DNA of 64,000 bases from Octopus sinensis (taxonomy: Eukaryota): assembly GCF_006345805.1 (NCBI RefSeq), contig NC_043005.1, forward strand, positions 25,544,001 to 25,608,000, written 5' to 3'. Each line of letters starts with the position of its first letter. The first letter of the stretch is position 1. Positions 1-13,003 of the stretch are shown here, one piece after another. The position numbers were made by a program, and so were the translations under genes. The notes beneath the pieces were generated by a model. It made no database searches. It had not been told where the DNA came from and saw only the letters and a program-made list of their open reading frames with translations.

Positions 1-376
1 AACGGCAGTTGTCTGTCTGCGTGTCTGCGTGTCTGTGTGTCTGTTAGGTTGTACCCTCACCCTGACCACGGCTTTCAACCAATTCTGATGAAACTTGACA
101 CACACATAGCCCAATGTCATAATTCAAAACTAACGCAGCGAAAATTTGGAAAAGTTCCCCCAGTTCTGAAAAAATCGATAAATTCGACATGGGGTCGAGA
201 ATCAGAAACACAAACCACAGACTGTCTAGGGGACGCAACTCGACCTTTTTAACTCTCAAAAAGAAATTTACCATAGTTTTTTTTCCATTTTTTGCTATTT
301 TTTGGCTATAACTCTCTAAAAATGTTCTATAGTTATTTCCCTTACAAACCCGAGCAACGCCGGGCGATACTGCTAG
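1..376 (+). mobile_element. Non-autonomous Helitron-like element (5' end just outside window)
   Basis: Ends in GC hairpin CCCG-A-GC-AAC-GC-CGGG (349-364), then 8 nt, then CTAG (373-376) followed by T; (GTCT/GTGT)n near the 5' end and a 'caaccaattctgatgaaacttgac' motif as in DINE-1/Lep1-type elements; no TIR or TSD. Confidence 0.7.
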
Positions 377-424
<48 letters not shown>

Positions 425-489
425 TGTATAAAGCAAGTCCTAGCAAGACCACTGCAGTCAATCTTCCAGAGCTTCCTTGCAACTGGTAA

Positions 490-1092
490 ATTTCAAAACA
501 AGCCGGAGGAAGGTAGAATATGCCCTATTCATAAAAGGGATAGCAGAACAGAGGCTACAAACCTATCTCTCTGACCCCGCCCATCAGCAATGTCATGGAA
601 CGAAAGGAAAATGACCCGCTAATTGACATCCATCATCGTCTCTGACCAGGAAGGAGCTGCCTGACTCAGCTCTTACAACACTGTGACTGAGTGTTGAAAC
701 AGCTGCTCAACCACTCAAATGTGTGTGTGATATATCTCGATCATGCAAATGCCTTCGATAAAGTCGATCCTGGAATGATATATTACTGCGTGATCTCGTC
801 GTAGTCGGGAAATTAGGAGAATGGCTGCATGATTTTCTGAAGGATAGAAGTCAGATGGTAGTAGACAATGTGGCCACCTCCAATGACACGCAAATAGTGA
901 GTGGTGTTACGCAAGGCACTGCATTGCGACTACTACAGTTCATAATGGCCCTCTCAGTTATGCCCTCAGCCACACGGAGAGCCACGATCACACGTTATGC
1001 AGATGATACAAAAGTCCTACAGTTGAAACAGATCACTGAAGACGTTATGCACCTGCAATGTGATAAAACATACAAGTGGGCTGAGAAGAATA
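490..1092 (+). mobile_element. Decayed CR1/L2-group LINE RT fragment
   Basis: Alignable by eye to 50300-50830 and 53300-53950; ORF 855-1127 reads QIVSGVTQGTALRLLQFIMALS..YADDTK. Confidence 0.85.
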
Positions 1093-1726
1093 CATATATG
1101 TGTATATATATATATATATACCATTAATATTGTGAGAAAAAATGGAGAAAGATGGCTGTATGAATAATTTATTTGTATGATATAAAGATGTTGAGATCTT
1201 TTTAAAAGTAACAATACAAATAAATAAGTTGTAAATCTTAAAATGACATGGAAGATGCGAAAAAGATATTTTGTAGGCACCTTTTCAAGAAATCTGTTGA
1301 ACTTTCTTCTATAAGCTCATAAAAAATCTTGACGAACTTCTGCCCTATATAGTTAAAATTGATGCCATTCTTACCATATAATCAAAGGCTTCGGATAACA
1401 TATCAACTAGGTGCGAGATCCGAAACGTATATATAGGTTATTTTCGCATCTCCCATTTCTTTTTGGGTTTTATATAATTTATTTGTATTGTTGTTTTCAA
1501 AAAATTTCAACATCTTTACATCATACAAATAAATTATTCATACCTCCATCTGTCTCCATTTTCTATGTATTACTACAATAATCCCTAACATATCGTAGAG
1601 ACTTTCTCATTATTTGATAGGGATTAACCAGTGGAATTTTTGGGATCATTTAATCCTTAATATAGACCTAACATCCTCGAGTTGACTATATATATATATA
1701 TATGTGTGTGGTGTGTGTGTGTGTGT

Positions 1727-1766
<40 letters not shown>

Positions 1767-1889
1767 TGTGTGTGTGTGTGTTTGTGAGTCTGTGTGTGTT
1801 ATAAATCAGAGCAAAGAGTAAATGGTTGTCATTATAATACTCAGAGATTAGAATGTCGGAGCGAAGAACTCGATACATTCTCGTCAGCT

Positions 1890-2310
1890 ATTAAAGACCT
1901 GCGCCCACTAAATGGAGCCTGTATGACCGAGGCCATTATTTATGTTACTACTGTAAGTTCCTCCAACTCTAATAATACAGTTTCATCCAATAGATATGTG
2001 GGTCTCACAGAGGGAAATTTCAAACCAAGATTTAACAATCACACATAAAGCTTCAGACACTGGAATAAACGAAAGCCTACCAAATTATCCAGTTATATAT
2101 GATTCTTAAAAGAATAAGGTGCCAACTACAGTATATACTGGAAGATATTAACCAAGTGTAAATCTTATACCAACGGTAGTGGTGAGCCGGGTCTTCGTAA
2201 TATGGAAAGATGTTTCATATGGAAATGTTCGTTAGATCCCGCTACATATTTAAATTCACGTACGGAACGATGTGGATCATGTCCCCATATCACAATATAC
2301 CTGTTACGGT
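1890..2310 (+). mobile_element. Penelope-like GIY-YIG endonuclease remnant
   Basis: PLNGACMTEAIIY...YVGLTEGNFKPRFNNHT*SFRH...KLSSYI..YWKILTKCKSY..YLNSRTE; stops and frameshifts. Confidence 0.75.
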
Positions 2311-2574
2311 TTTGGGCCGCCCCTCCAACATCAAGGCTAGAATCCACATTTCTACTATGTTCTTGAACAAACTTTCCCATACGTTTTCACTCCTATTAAA
2401 ATATATATATATATGCATATATTTTATATGTATATGTGTGTGAGGATATGTATGCATATGAGTGTAAGACTGTGTCCGGTACATATGTGGGGTTCTCAGG
2501 TTCACATACCTCCTTCACTTATATGGATATGCATGTGTATGTATATGAGCGGGTCTATGTGCGTGATAGGAGGT

Positions 2575-2582
2575 TGTATGTA

Positions 2583-2641
<59 letters not shown>

Positions 2642-2823
2642 ATATATATATATACATTTATATACACATATATATGTATGTATGTATATAAGAGTGTGTA
2701 TATGTGTGTATACGGGACTGCGAATGTATGTCTACATATATATACCTATATGTATAGGTATAAATATGTCTAAATATATATGTATTCATTTAAGCACCTA
2801 CGTGTATATGAGGATGAGGTTGC

Positions 2824-2858
<35 letters not shown>

Positions 2859-3038
2859 TGTGTGTGTGTGTGTGTACATATACGCATATATATATATATG
2901 CGTGTGTGTGTGTGTGTATACATATACGTGCCTAAATATACATGTCTGCTTGTTTGTGCGAGTATTTGTGTTTGTGTGCCTGTACGTATACATGTTCGTG
3001 TGCTTGTGAACGTATATATATATATATATATATATATA
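2575..3038. repeat. Compound (TA)n/(TG)n/(TATG)n microsatellite field
   Basis: Direct inspection. Confidence 0.9.
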
Positions 3039-3451
3039 CTCTTTACTCTTTTACATGTTTCAGTCATTTGACTGTGGACATGCTGGAGCACCGCCTTTAG
3101 TCGAGCAAATCGACCCCGGAACTTATTCTTTGTAAGCCCAGTACTTATTCTACCGGGCTCTTTTGCCGAACCGCTAAGTGACGGGGACATAAACACACCA
3201 ACATCGGTTGTCAAGCCATGCTAGGGGGACAAACACAGACACAAACACATACACACACATACATATATATATATATATACATATATTCGACAGGCTTCTT
3301 TCAGTTTCCGTCTACCAAATCCACTCACAAGGCATTGGGCGGCCCGAGGGTATAGTAGAAGACACTTGCCCAAGATGCCACGCAGTGGGACTGAACCCAG
3401 AACCATGTGGTTGGTTAGCAAGCTACTTACCACACAGCCACTCCTGCGCCT
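3039..3451 (-). mobile_element. tRNA-derived SINE-1 (AGGCGCAGGAGTGGCTG head), full length
   Basis: A box TGGCTGTGTGG, B-box-like GGTTCAGTCC, internal (TA)n(TG)n, tail GGCGGTGCTCCAGCATG..CAGTCAAATGACTGAAAC; about 10 related copies in window. Confidence 0.9.
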
Positions 3452-3697
3452 GTATGTATATATATGTAAGTGCATGTATACATGCACTTACACACGCGTA
3501 GACACGCACACATACGATTTGGATTTTCCTCCTGTTACTGTTTAGATTATTCCTGTTACGAACACGTCTTTCAAGCGACTTAATCTGTACAGAACACGCA
3601 ATCTCATACACCACCCCCTCACACACACACACGTGCGTACGCTCAAGCGTATGAGTGCACACGTATATGTTTAAAGAGACGTATATGTTTAAAGAAA

Positions 3698-3929
3698 AGG
3701 CGGCGAGCTGGCAGAAACGTTAGCACGTCGGGCGAAATGCGTAGCCATATTTCGTCTGCCATTACGTTCTGAGTTCAAATTCCGCCGAGGTCGACTTTGC
3801 CTTTCATCCTTTCGGGGTCGATAAATTAAGTACCAGTTACGCACTGGGGTCAATGTAATCGACATAATCCCTTTGTCCGTCCTTGTTCGTCCTCTCTATG
3901 TTTAGCCCCTTGTGAGTAGTAAAGAAATA
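3698..3929 (+). mobile_element. tRNA-derived SINE-2 (GGCGGCGAGCTGGCAG head) with 14-bp TSD
   Basis: B box GAGTTCAAATTCC; core GCCTTTCATCCTTTCGGGGTCGATAAATTAAGTACCAG; TSD tatatgtttaaaga at 3682-3695 and 3930-3943. Confidence 0.9.
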
Positions 3930-4990
3930 TATATGTTTAAAGAGACATCAATGCACATTCATACGTATTTATGTGTATAAATCTGCGTGTGATGTTTGCG
4001 TGTGTCTGCGTATTGGTGTGATTGTGAGTGTGATTACGCCTTTATATGCGAATGTACGCAAATCAAATATTGTTGTTCTTTAAATAGATAGCTACTTTTA
4101 TTCATCCCGCATACGACTAAGTACTAACATTACACAAACGCGAAATAATATTAACGTTCACCATTTACAACTTACAATTTTTTTCCAAAAAAAAATTCCT
4201 ATATTTCAAGGCATTGCATAATCGCAGTCAGAAGGCTTTAAAACAAAATACAGCCTAGTAACAATAACCGTTGTTATCTGTACTTTTTCATGCATACTCT
4301 AACTCTTTGCAAAATGTTATCAGTTTGTACGTAAATGATAGAAACATTGTGAGTGCTTCATTTAATTAACAATGATAAGTTGTCAAATAACGGTGAAACC
4401 TCTAAATTTATAGGAGGACTATTCAACGGAAAAGCGTTTTCATGACACGCAACCTGCAACAAATTGCAGCCTAATCTCCCTCAATTCTGTACGTCACTTC
4501 ATATTTGTAAATAAAATTAAAACGAGTAATGTACTTTAAATGATTTGTCTGTCCTGTAAATCGCATGGCATACAGTACGTTGGTCCTGTGTACCACATCA
4601 TATATTATGAATGGCGTCCACGTACCATACGTGATACACTTTCCCAATTTCTTTTAAGCACCACAAAAGAGAGTTCTATATTACTTAGAATGTCTGAAAC
4701 AAAAGCTAATTAAATGTCTGAAAAGAAACAGACTTTTCGGACAAACTTGTGTATTTGCGCTTTACAAAGGGTTACCGACATTCGCCATAAATATTTCTAG
4801 GTCCAATAGATCATTATGGAGTAAAACGTGTTCTTTGTCTTCAGTAATCCTGAATCATATTGACATTCATCCTTCTTCAGTATTACTTTTCTTCTATATC
4901 CAATTTTGTTTCTTCTTATCGTGATTACTAGTTATATTTATAGTTTTCATCACACAGTTCTTCATTCATATGCCAACATATTTATTCATA

Positions 4991-5178
4991 CAGTTCTATA
5001 TTTAAGAGATGAGGAATTATGTACATTATTTACATTAAGTACATTCAACGGATATTTGGCTTCATCTTGTTTGTTGCTAACACAACGTTTCGACTGATAT
5101 ACCCTCCATCTTTCATCGGGTGTCTTGGGTAAATTTTGAACCTGGGTTCTCATTCCTAAGGTATTTTTCGGTGTGGTT
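4991..5178 (-). mobile_element. PLE-type end, family H1, hammerhead core mutated (CCGATGA)
   Basis: Reverse complement matches 5441-5587 and 17095-17284; forms an inverted pair with the 5441 copy across an (ATT)n/(AAT)n tract. Confidence 0.75.
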
Positions 5179-5191
5179 ATTATTATTATTA

Positions 5192-5249
<58 letters not shown>

Positions 5250-5371
5250 CGTCATCATCATCATTATAAAGGGCATATGGAGTTCAATTACAGGTTGTGA
5301 CCAGATTAATAATAATAATAATAATAACAACAATAAGAACAACAACAACAATAATAATGATGGTGATGATG

Positions 5372-5432
<61 letters not shown>

Positions 5433-5440
5433 TAATAATA
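5179..5440. repeat. (ATT)n then (AAT)n microsatellite between two inverted H1 copies
   Basis: Direct inspection; source of poly-L/I/N ORFs. Confidence 0.9.
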
Positions 5441-5587
5441 ATAACATCGAAAAATACCTTAGGAATGAGAACCTAGGTTCGAAACTTCCCCAAGACACCT
5501 GATGAAGCCTGGAGGGTCTATCAGCTGAAATGTTGTGTTAAAAACAAACAAGATGAGGACAAATATTCATGAAATGTAAATAATGTG
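5441..5587 (+). mobile_element. PLE-type end, family H1
   Basis: aacatcgaaaaataccttaggaatgagaac..gacacCTGATGA..GAAAtgttgtgtt..caagatgaggacaaat. Confidence 0.75.
5494..5539 (+). ncRNA. Minimal type I hammerhead ribozyme motif (degenerate)
   Basis: Stem I gacac/gtgtt, CTGATGA 5499-5505, stem II around loop gagggtctat, GAAA 5527-5530; C after GAAA mutated to T. Confidence 0.5.
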
Positions 5588-6227
5588 AAATGTATATATT
5601 AATTCATTTATCGATTATGTATGTATGCATGCATGTATATATGTATGCATGTATATGTATATGCCCATCTATATATGTATATGTATATTTAACAATATAA
5701 ATGTAAACTGGGTACTAACGGACAGACATACCGAATATGTAAATGGTTTTCTGACCTGCTTGATATGAACGCAAGAAAAATAACAACACAATTATTACGC
5801 GTGCATTTGCTACCGGAATGTAAGTAGAGATACCACTAACAGGCAACAGAATAAATTCATTTTAAAATACTGACCTAATTTGCAGGCACTGCAAAACCTT
5901 GACTAATGAATAATGTAAAGGTGATAGTTGAGCAATATTACCACTCTCGGGCCAGGGAAAGCAACTATATAACAAATTAACCAATGGAAATAAATTACAT
6001 TTTAATGATTCCGAGCACAGTAAGAACTCGGTTACAGAAGAATAAAAATTTTCAGATGACAGAGGGGCGAGAATCGCATTGATGAAATCTGAACAGAAAA
6101 AAACGATCGTGCACGTTGTAATGAGATGGCTTATTTCCAATGGAGGAAGATAGAAACATTCTGAGGTATTTATCAAATCTCCCTATAAATTAAATGCATT
6201 ATTATTATTTTCAAAAGACTTGTCAAT

Positions 6228-6335
6228 CGTGATATTCTATACCCTCCAGGCTGCATCAGGTGTCTTGGGGAAGTTTCGAACCTAGGTTCTCATCATTCCT
6301 AAGGTATTTTTCGATGTTATTATTGTTGTTATTAT
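6228..6335 (-). mobile_element. H1 PLE-type end, truncated inside the hammerhead stem II loop
   Basis: ccctccaggctgcatcaggtgtcttggggaagtttcgaacctaggttctc..ggtatttttcgatgttattatt. Confidence 0.7.
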
Positions 6336-7109
6336 TATGTAAAGGGACAAACAACCATTTAATGAACTGGAAAAATATTTCGCATGTAATTCCGTATTAA
6401 TTAGTGTGAATGGACTATTGAATTACACATGCTGATTATAATAGTTCGACGAATATCTGATTATAATGTATTGTATATAACCTAAATATCAATTTGTGGT
6501 AGATATAGTCGTGATTCACTTAGTTGAAACTGACTAAAATAGAATGCTGTACGAGTTCACTATATGACCTTCAAGAGAGTACCATCGTAAGACAATCCAA
6601 GGGTAGCTGGAAGGCCTGATATCTACCGAAAGGTCATACAGAAAATGTTTGATAAAGAGCCACTAATGACTTACAAAGTCAGAAAACACTGTGGCATTTA
6701 AATATAAGATGCCTCAGATATATGAACCGACATCAGCCAATATCAACCAACATGAAATATGCGTAGTATATCAGCATTATAAATCATAGCCTCTGAAAGC
6801 TTAAATTAACTGATGAAGTCATGAAGCTGTTTTCTATATAAATATTAAATAATTCCTACAAAACCACTTTGTGTAACACAAACGCTTAGTCTTATCTGTA
6901 CCGAAACATAGTACATAAGGTCATGTGCGCTTTAGAGGTAATCCTTATCTTTTATAAGTATTAAAGCATTCAATAATAGTCCTGCTACAAAGCGAGTAAC
7001 AATTATTAGTTTTAGCAAAATAAACATGTATTTTATAAACATGAAATAAAAAAGCATTTATTTGCCGGTTAATATAATGAAATAATTATACTTCTACCAC
7101 CATAAGATG

Positions 7110-7388
7110 ACTATGATACAAAACCAGCAATGGCCAATGATTTGACGTCAGCCATCGAACGAGAATGCACAGATATTTCGAACGAAATGTTTCTTAAAGT
7201 TTGGGATTCTATTGCTTCTTGTTATCGGTAGTGTTCCGACCAAAATGGTCATCATTTTGAAAATGGTATTTCATAGAAAAAATCAAATCTTGTCTGTTGA
7301 TTTTCCTTAATATTGGAAATGTCATATAATTTAATATAAATTGAGCATATTATCATTCAATGTTTTTATAAATATTTGGGATACCCTG
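7110..7388 (+). mobile_element. 3' end of Tc1/mariner DNA transposon
   Basis: KPAMANDLTSAIERECTDISNEMFLKVWDSIASCYR*CSDQNGHHFEN resembles the transposase C-terminus; ends tttgggataccctg (TIR type CAGGGTRTCCCAAA). Confidence 0.65.
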
Positions 7389-7473
7389 CATAAATATATT
7401 TTATTTTTGTAAATTTTGCTTGTTTCTGTCATTGGACTGCAGCCACGTTGGGGCATTGCCTTGAATTCAGACA

Positions 7474-7518
<45 letters not shown>

Positions 7519-7528
7519 GTATATAAAA

Positions 7529-7711
7529 TTATAAGTTAGGGTATCTAAGAGATACCACCACGCTGGAAATAGCAGTAAAAACTTGACTCTAAAACCACAT
7601 TAAAAGTTCATACAGCACCAGGTGGTATATGAACATTTAATGTGGTTTCAGAGTCAAGTTTTGACTACTATTTCTAGCGTAGTGGTATCTCTTAGATACC
7701 CTCAATTATAA
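7529..7711. repeat. 183-bp imperfect palindrome (foldback / MITE-like)
   Basis: Two 91-bp arms centred on A7620; 81/91 matches by manual alignment. Confidence 0.9.
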
Positions 7712-7826
7712 TATTAATAATCATTACCTTTGAGGTTTTTATTCCCATGCTAGCCACCTCATAAGATCGGTATTTTAAATAACGACCTTATCCATATTTA
7801 TATAAATTTATGTATGTATATATATA

Positions 7827-7875
<49 letters not shown>

Positions 7876-8179
7876 TGCTTAATTCTATTTGCTTATTTAT
7901 TGTTAACCTGAAGAGTGTCTATAATTTTAAATTGAATTGATTTTCGATTAAATTTAAATTTAATTGTAATTCCAATTTAATTATAGTCATGAAAGGTACA
8001 TAGTTGTTTTTTACTTATTATATATTGATTATTACTTTTTATACTTTTTGTGATCTAGTTATATGCTTTATAAAATATTTTTTATTTTTCATTTATGATT
8101 TAGTTTATATCTATCATTGTTTCTATTGCATAATAATGTTTTTTTTCTCTAATTTATATTATATTATATATATATATAT

Positions 8180-8300
8180 ATACGACAAGCCTCTTTCAAT
8201 TTCCGTCTACCAAATCTACTCACAAGGTTTTGGTCAGCCCGAAGCTATAGATGAAAATACTTGCCGAAGAATCCATACAGTGGCATTGTACCGGGACGAA
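8180..8300 (-). mobile_element. SINE-1 partial, diverged
   Basis: ttccgtctaccaaatctactcacaaggttttggtcagcccga. Confidence 0.8.
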
Positions 8301-8394
8301 TGACCCGTCTCTTTTGCCTGTCATTCTAATTGTTTTTTTTTCTTGACCGACTTTGTATCGTGCATTTTTGGTTCATTGTTTAATATTTATATAT

Positions 8395-8395
8395 G

Positions 8396-8436
<41 letters not shown>

Positions 8437-8462
8437 ACACACACACACACACCACACACACA

Positions 8463-8559
<97 letters not shown>

Positions 8560-8560
8560 G
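8395..8560. repeat. (CA)n(TA)n microsatellite
   Basis: Direct inspection. Confidence 0.95.
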
Positions 8561-8705
8561 AGAGGTTGTGCATTCTTGAAATTATGGGTATAAATGTGTG
8601 GCTGTGAATACAAAAGTGACATCCTTATACGTATTGTTCTAAATTATAACATATATAAACAATCCTCTATTTCTCCAATATCAAGGTCTCATACATTTTT
8701 ATTAC

Positions 8706-8750
<45 letters not shown>

Positions 8751-8779
8751 CTACTTTTTTTATCTCCCCTTCTTCCTAG

Positions 8780-8950
8780 CTTTATTGTTTGACTCCTCTG
8801 TCCGTCATTCGCCATGATAGATCGCTACCCACTAAGCCTTTTCTATTTTTTCTTCTTGTTGATTTCTCTGTTCCTTTCTGTGGAAGAGCGTAGTCCCGAA
8901 CCGTAGAAGACTTCTTCACTTCCCGAGCATTGTCTTTTGTTATTTTGTAA
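8780..8950 (+). mobile_element. PLE-type end, family H3, degenerate hammerhead-like motif
   Basis: tttCTGTGGAagagcgtagtcccGAACCgtagaag; related to the reverse complement of 25700-25825. Confidence 0.5.
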
Positions 8951-8965
8951 ATACTCACTATATAT

Positions 8966-8997
<32 letters not shown>

Positions 8998-9004
8998 ATA
9001 TATA

Positions 9005-9051
<47 letters not shown>

Positions 9052-9643
9052 TTGTATATACATATAGAGATGCATAATTCCATATACATGCATATATGCA
9101 AATATTTACTGAGAGAGAAAGAGTGACAGAAAATTGGTGAGAATGAAAAGACGGGAAGCAAGAGAGCGCGAGATGTACTCACAAGCAGAACGAGTCACTT
9201 AGATGAATCAATAAATAGATAGGTAGATCAGATCTATATTTTGCACGTGTGCGTTCACACACGTATATGTTGCATGCTGTTTAATAAGTACATCTTGCTG
9301 CACGTGACTCCTGTGAAATATGATGTCAAAGGAATGTTAGCAAAAGACAGAAAAGAAGAAAAACAATACAAAGACTGCTTGTATTTAAAAGAGAAGGAAG
9401 CGAGCGGGAAGCAGCCGTAAGTGGAAGAGAAATAAAATGGCGTTGTTTCTAAAAACTAGTATTGAGTGATATCGAGTTGGAAGATAGGGGTGAAGGAACC
9501 TTATATCAATAGTTCAAACGGTGAGGTGTGTGTGGTGCGGTAGAATATTGCAATTAGAATATCGCTGCTTATTGGTGAGGGTGATTACATGTGAAGTGGT
9601 ACATGTATACACACCTTGACACATAGAGACATACACATACATG

Positions 9644-9674
<31 letters not shown>

Positions 9675-9754
9675 GTGTATGTATTTATATATATATATTA
9701 TATATATATATATAAACATAGCACACACATTCATATATGGATACATGTGTATAT

Positions 9755-9818
<64 letters not shown>

Positions 9819-9987
9819 AGAATATTTATACTAAATGAAGTTTTTATTCCATTTATCTTATTAATACTCTTACCCCAACCGCCACTACGAAGTTCCTGCA
9901 ATAAATCTACGGATAACAACAGGTGATCGAAACTGTGCTGGTGCTTTTCTCATCATCCACTTATACATTTTTGTATAATTACTCCAT

Positions 9988-9989
<2 letters not shown>

Positions 9990-10040
<51 letters not shown>

Positions 10041-10093
10041 GTATATTATATATATATATATATATATATACATACATATATATACATGCATGC

Positions 10094-10183
<90 letters not shown>

Positions 10184-10308
10184 ATATGATTATGCTCTCA
10201 TGCTTTATTGGTTCCTCTCCCGCACACCTTCCCTATCTCTGTCTTTCTGTCTGTCTCTTCTCTCTATATATTTATACAGACATACATTTCTAAATATATA
10301 TATATATT

Positions 10309-10340
<32 letters not shown>
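9990..10340. repeat. (CT)n/(TA)n microsatellite field
   Basis: Direct inspection. Confidence 0.9.
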
Positions 10341-11289
10341 AACATATATATACAAATAGAACAACTGCACACACTAAACACACACACACTTATACATACC
10401 ACCACTTAAACTCTCTAACATTATATACATATACATACACTTATGACGAATTAGACCCGTATTCTTGATACATCACACACACACACACACAAATAAAATA
10501 GTCACACGCAACAAACTAACACTTCAAAGTAGGACATATAAACACGCATGCTCAGTAGTAACGCAACACGCTTACTTGCATGTGACCCGAGTAGCGCTAT
10601 AACGACATAACGCTTTTTATACACGTCTAAACTCGCATACACTTATAAGATTTATAGCTCTACAAAATTATACCACAATAGTGAGGCGAATTAGTAACCA
10701 TTGGAATGTCGAACAAGAAGTCTATAACATAATATGCAGCAGTATCAAATAATACAACGCTGTTAATACATTTAGAATATGTACAATTTCTATAACAAAA
10801 ATAAATATAGAGAAATGTCTGCCATGTAATAATTTTGAAAACGCCATTTAAAAGAAAGTAAAGCCATATCACACCGTCACCAACACCACCACCACCATCA
10901 CGACAGAAGCAATACGTAATACTACTTCGCGACTAAAGTGCAAATCAGTCTGTTTCAGGAACTCATATTTTGCGGGGTATCAGTAGTGCTGGAACCAGAC
11001 CCTTGCGCAAGGACGGGTGGCACTGCCTGGTTCAGAAACTGAACCCATAGCCTAATGCTTGTAAACCCTACTACCGAACCATCATGCTACACGACTTGAC
11101 AACAATATGTTATCCCTTCTTTTTTTCTTTATATATTTTTATTTGTTTTATTCGTTACCCTGTAGCCCTGCGATGGCACCGCCTTGAAGGGGCAAATCCA
11201 ACCAATAGCCCCAGTACTCATTTCATCTGTTCTTTCGCCGATAAGTTACTAGTTATCAAGCAGTAGTTATACATACACACACACACACA

Positions 11290-11460
11290 CACATATTCCA
11301 AGGATTTCACATACAGTTTCCTTCTACCAAATTCACTCACAAGCCAATAGTTGGCTCGTGGCTATCGTAAAAGACACTTGCGCACGGTGCCGCGTAGTGG
11401 GACTGAACCCGCAGCCAACTGAGTGCAAAAGGAGCTTCTTAACCACACAGCCACGGCCAC
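11290..11460 (-). mobile_element. SINE-1 5' half, diverged
   Basis: ctaccaaattcactcacaagc..gacacttgc..gtgggactgaaccc..accacacagccac. Confidence 0.8.
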
Positions 11461-11689
11461 ATAATTTATGTGAATTACACCAGCTATAAGAATTAAAACT
11501 ACAGAATGAATAAAAACGCTTAGAGCGATTAGAATATTTTACCGGGATAACAATAGTCATAATTACAACACAACGTTTACTAGCGAATATAAGGTGCGTT
11601 AAAAAGGTAAGTTGTAGGAATGGATTAATTGTGTCATCTGTTACCATTACATTTCCTCTACATTCACGTGATGATACACATAATATATG

Positions 11690-11754
11690 ATCATGTATAT
11701 ATGTGTGTACAGATTTATAGATATATGTATGTATTTGTATGTATTTGTATATAT

Positions 11755-11789
<35 letters not shown>

Positions 11790-11842
11790 CGTGTGTGTGT
11801 GTATGTAGTTACACGTGTATGTATATATATATATATAAATAT

Positions 11843-11886
<44 letters not shown>

Positions 11887-12139
11887 ATATATACATACAT
11901 ATATATATGCATGTATGTATATATTCACATACGTATATATTTGAATATATATATACATACGTACATATGTATATGTATACATACACACACACACATATAT
12001 ATATATATCTACATGTACATACATATGTACATGTATATATATACATACAGACACACTAATATATATATATATACGTATATACATGTTTGTATGTGTATAC
12101 TTATATGTGTACGCATCTTTCCTTGTATAAATATCTGCA

Positions 12140-12183
<44 letters not shown>

Positions 12184-12300
12184 AGTGCATATACATACGC
12201 ATGTATACATATGTACACAGGGATATATGTGCGCATTCATACACACATACCAGCTGCATGCATGTATGCATGAATGCGTGTAGACATACGTAAATAGAGG
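11690..12300. repeat. (TA)n/(TATG)n/(CT)n/(CA)n low-complexity field
   Basis: Direct inspection. Confidence 0.9.
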
Positions 12301-12559
12301 CATATGCACATGTATAGATATTGAACAACCTTACTAACACACTAACCAAAGATGGAATAAATCGGATGTGAAGCCATTAAAAGGATTCTTGAAATTAATA
12401 ATGTAAGAATTCCGATGACATGCAGTGTTATCGTTACCATCACCTTCAGCTCTGCACCATCGCTTCCTCACTTTCCACTTGAGCCTCCCCCCCCCCTCTC
12501 ACCCGCTCCTCGTCAATATCCTCATCTTTCTGCTCCTGCACATTGCTGTCATCATGTTC

Positions 12560-12631
12560 ATCATCATCTTGTTATCATTAGCAACATCGTTTTCATCGTC
12601 GTCGTCGTCATCGTTGTCGTCAGCATCATCG

Positions 12632-12669
<38 letters not shown>

Positions 12670-12847
12670 GTCGTCGTCGTCGTCAACATCATCATCATCA
12701 TCATCATCATCATCACCATCATCACCATCACCATCATCACCATCATCATCATCATTATCATCATCATCATCTTCATCATCATCATCATTACCATCATCAC
12801 CATTATTATCATCATCATTACCATCATCATCATCATCATCATCATTA

Positions 12848-12878
<31 letters not shown>

Positions 12879-12881
12879 CAA

Positions 12882-12914
<33 letters not shown>

Positions 12915-12934
12915 TGTCATCATCATCATCATCG

Positions 12935-13003
<69 letters not shown>

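Noticed and set aside
2413-3214. Many YI/CV/HT-rich ORFs here and at 8.3, 10, 11.3-12.3, 36.2, 49.8, 54.3, 56.6 and 63.6 kb
   Set aside because: Dinucleotide and tetranucleotide repeats lacking stop codons
3517-3585. Possible 69-nt minus-strand exon (IKSLERRVRNRNNLNSNRRKIQI)
   Set aside because: Modest splice signals, no recognisable homology, wedged between repeats
9240-9470. Possible promoter (two CACGTG E-boxes, AAAATGGCG YY1-like motif)
   Set aside because: Short motifs expected by chance; the ATG frame closes after 10 codons
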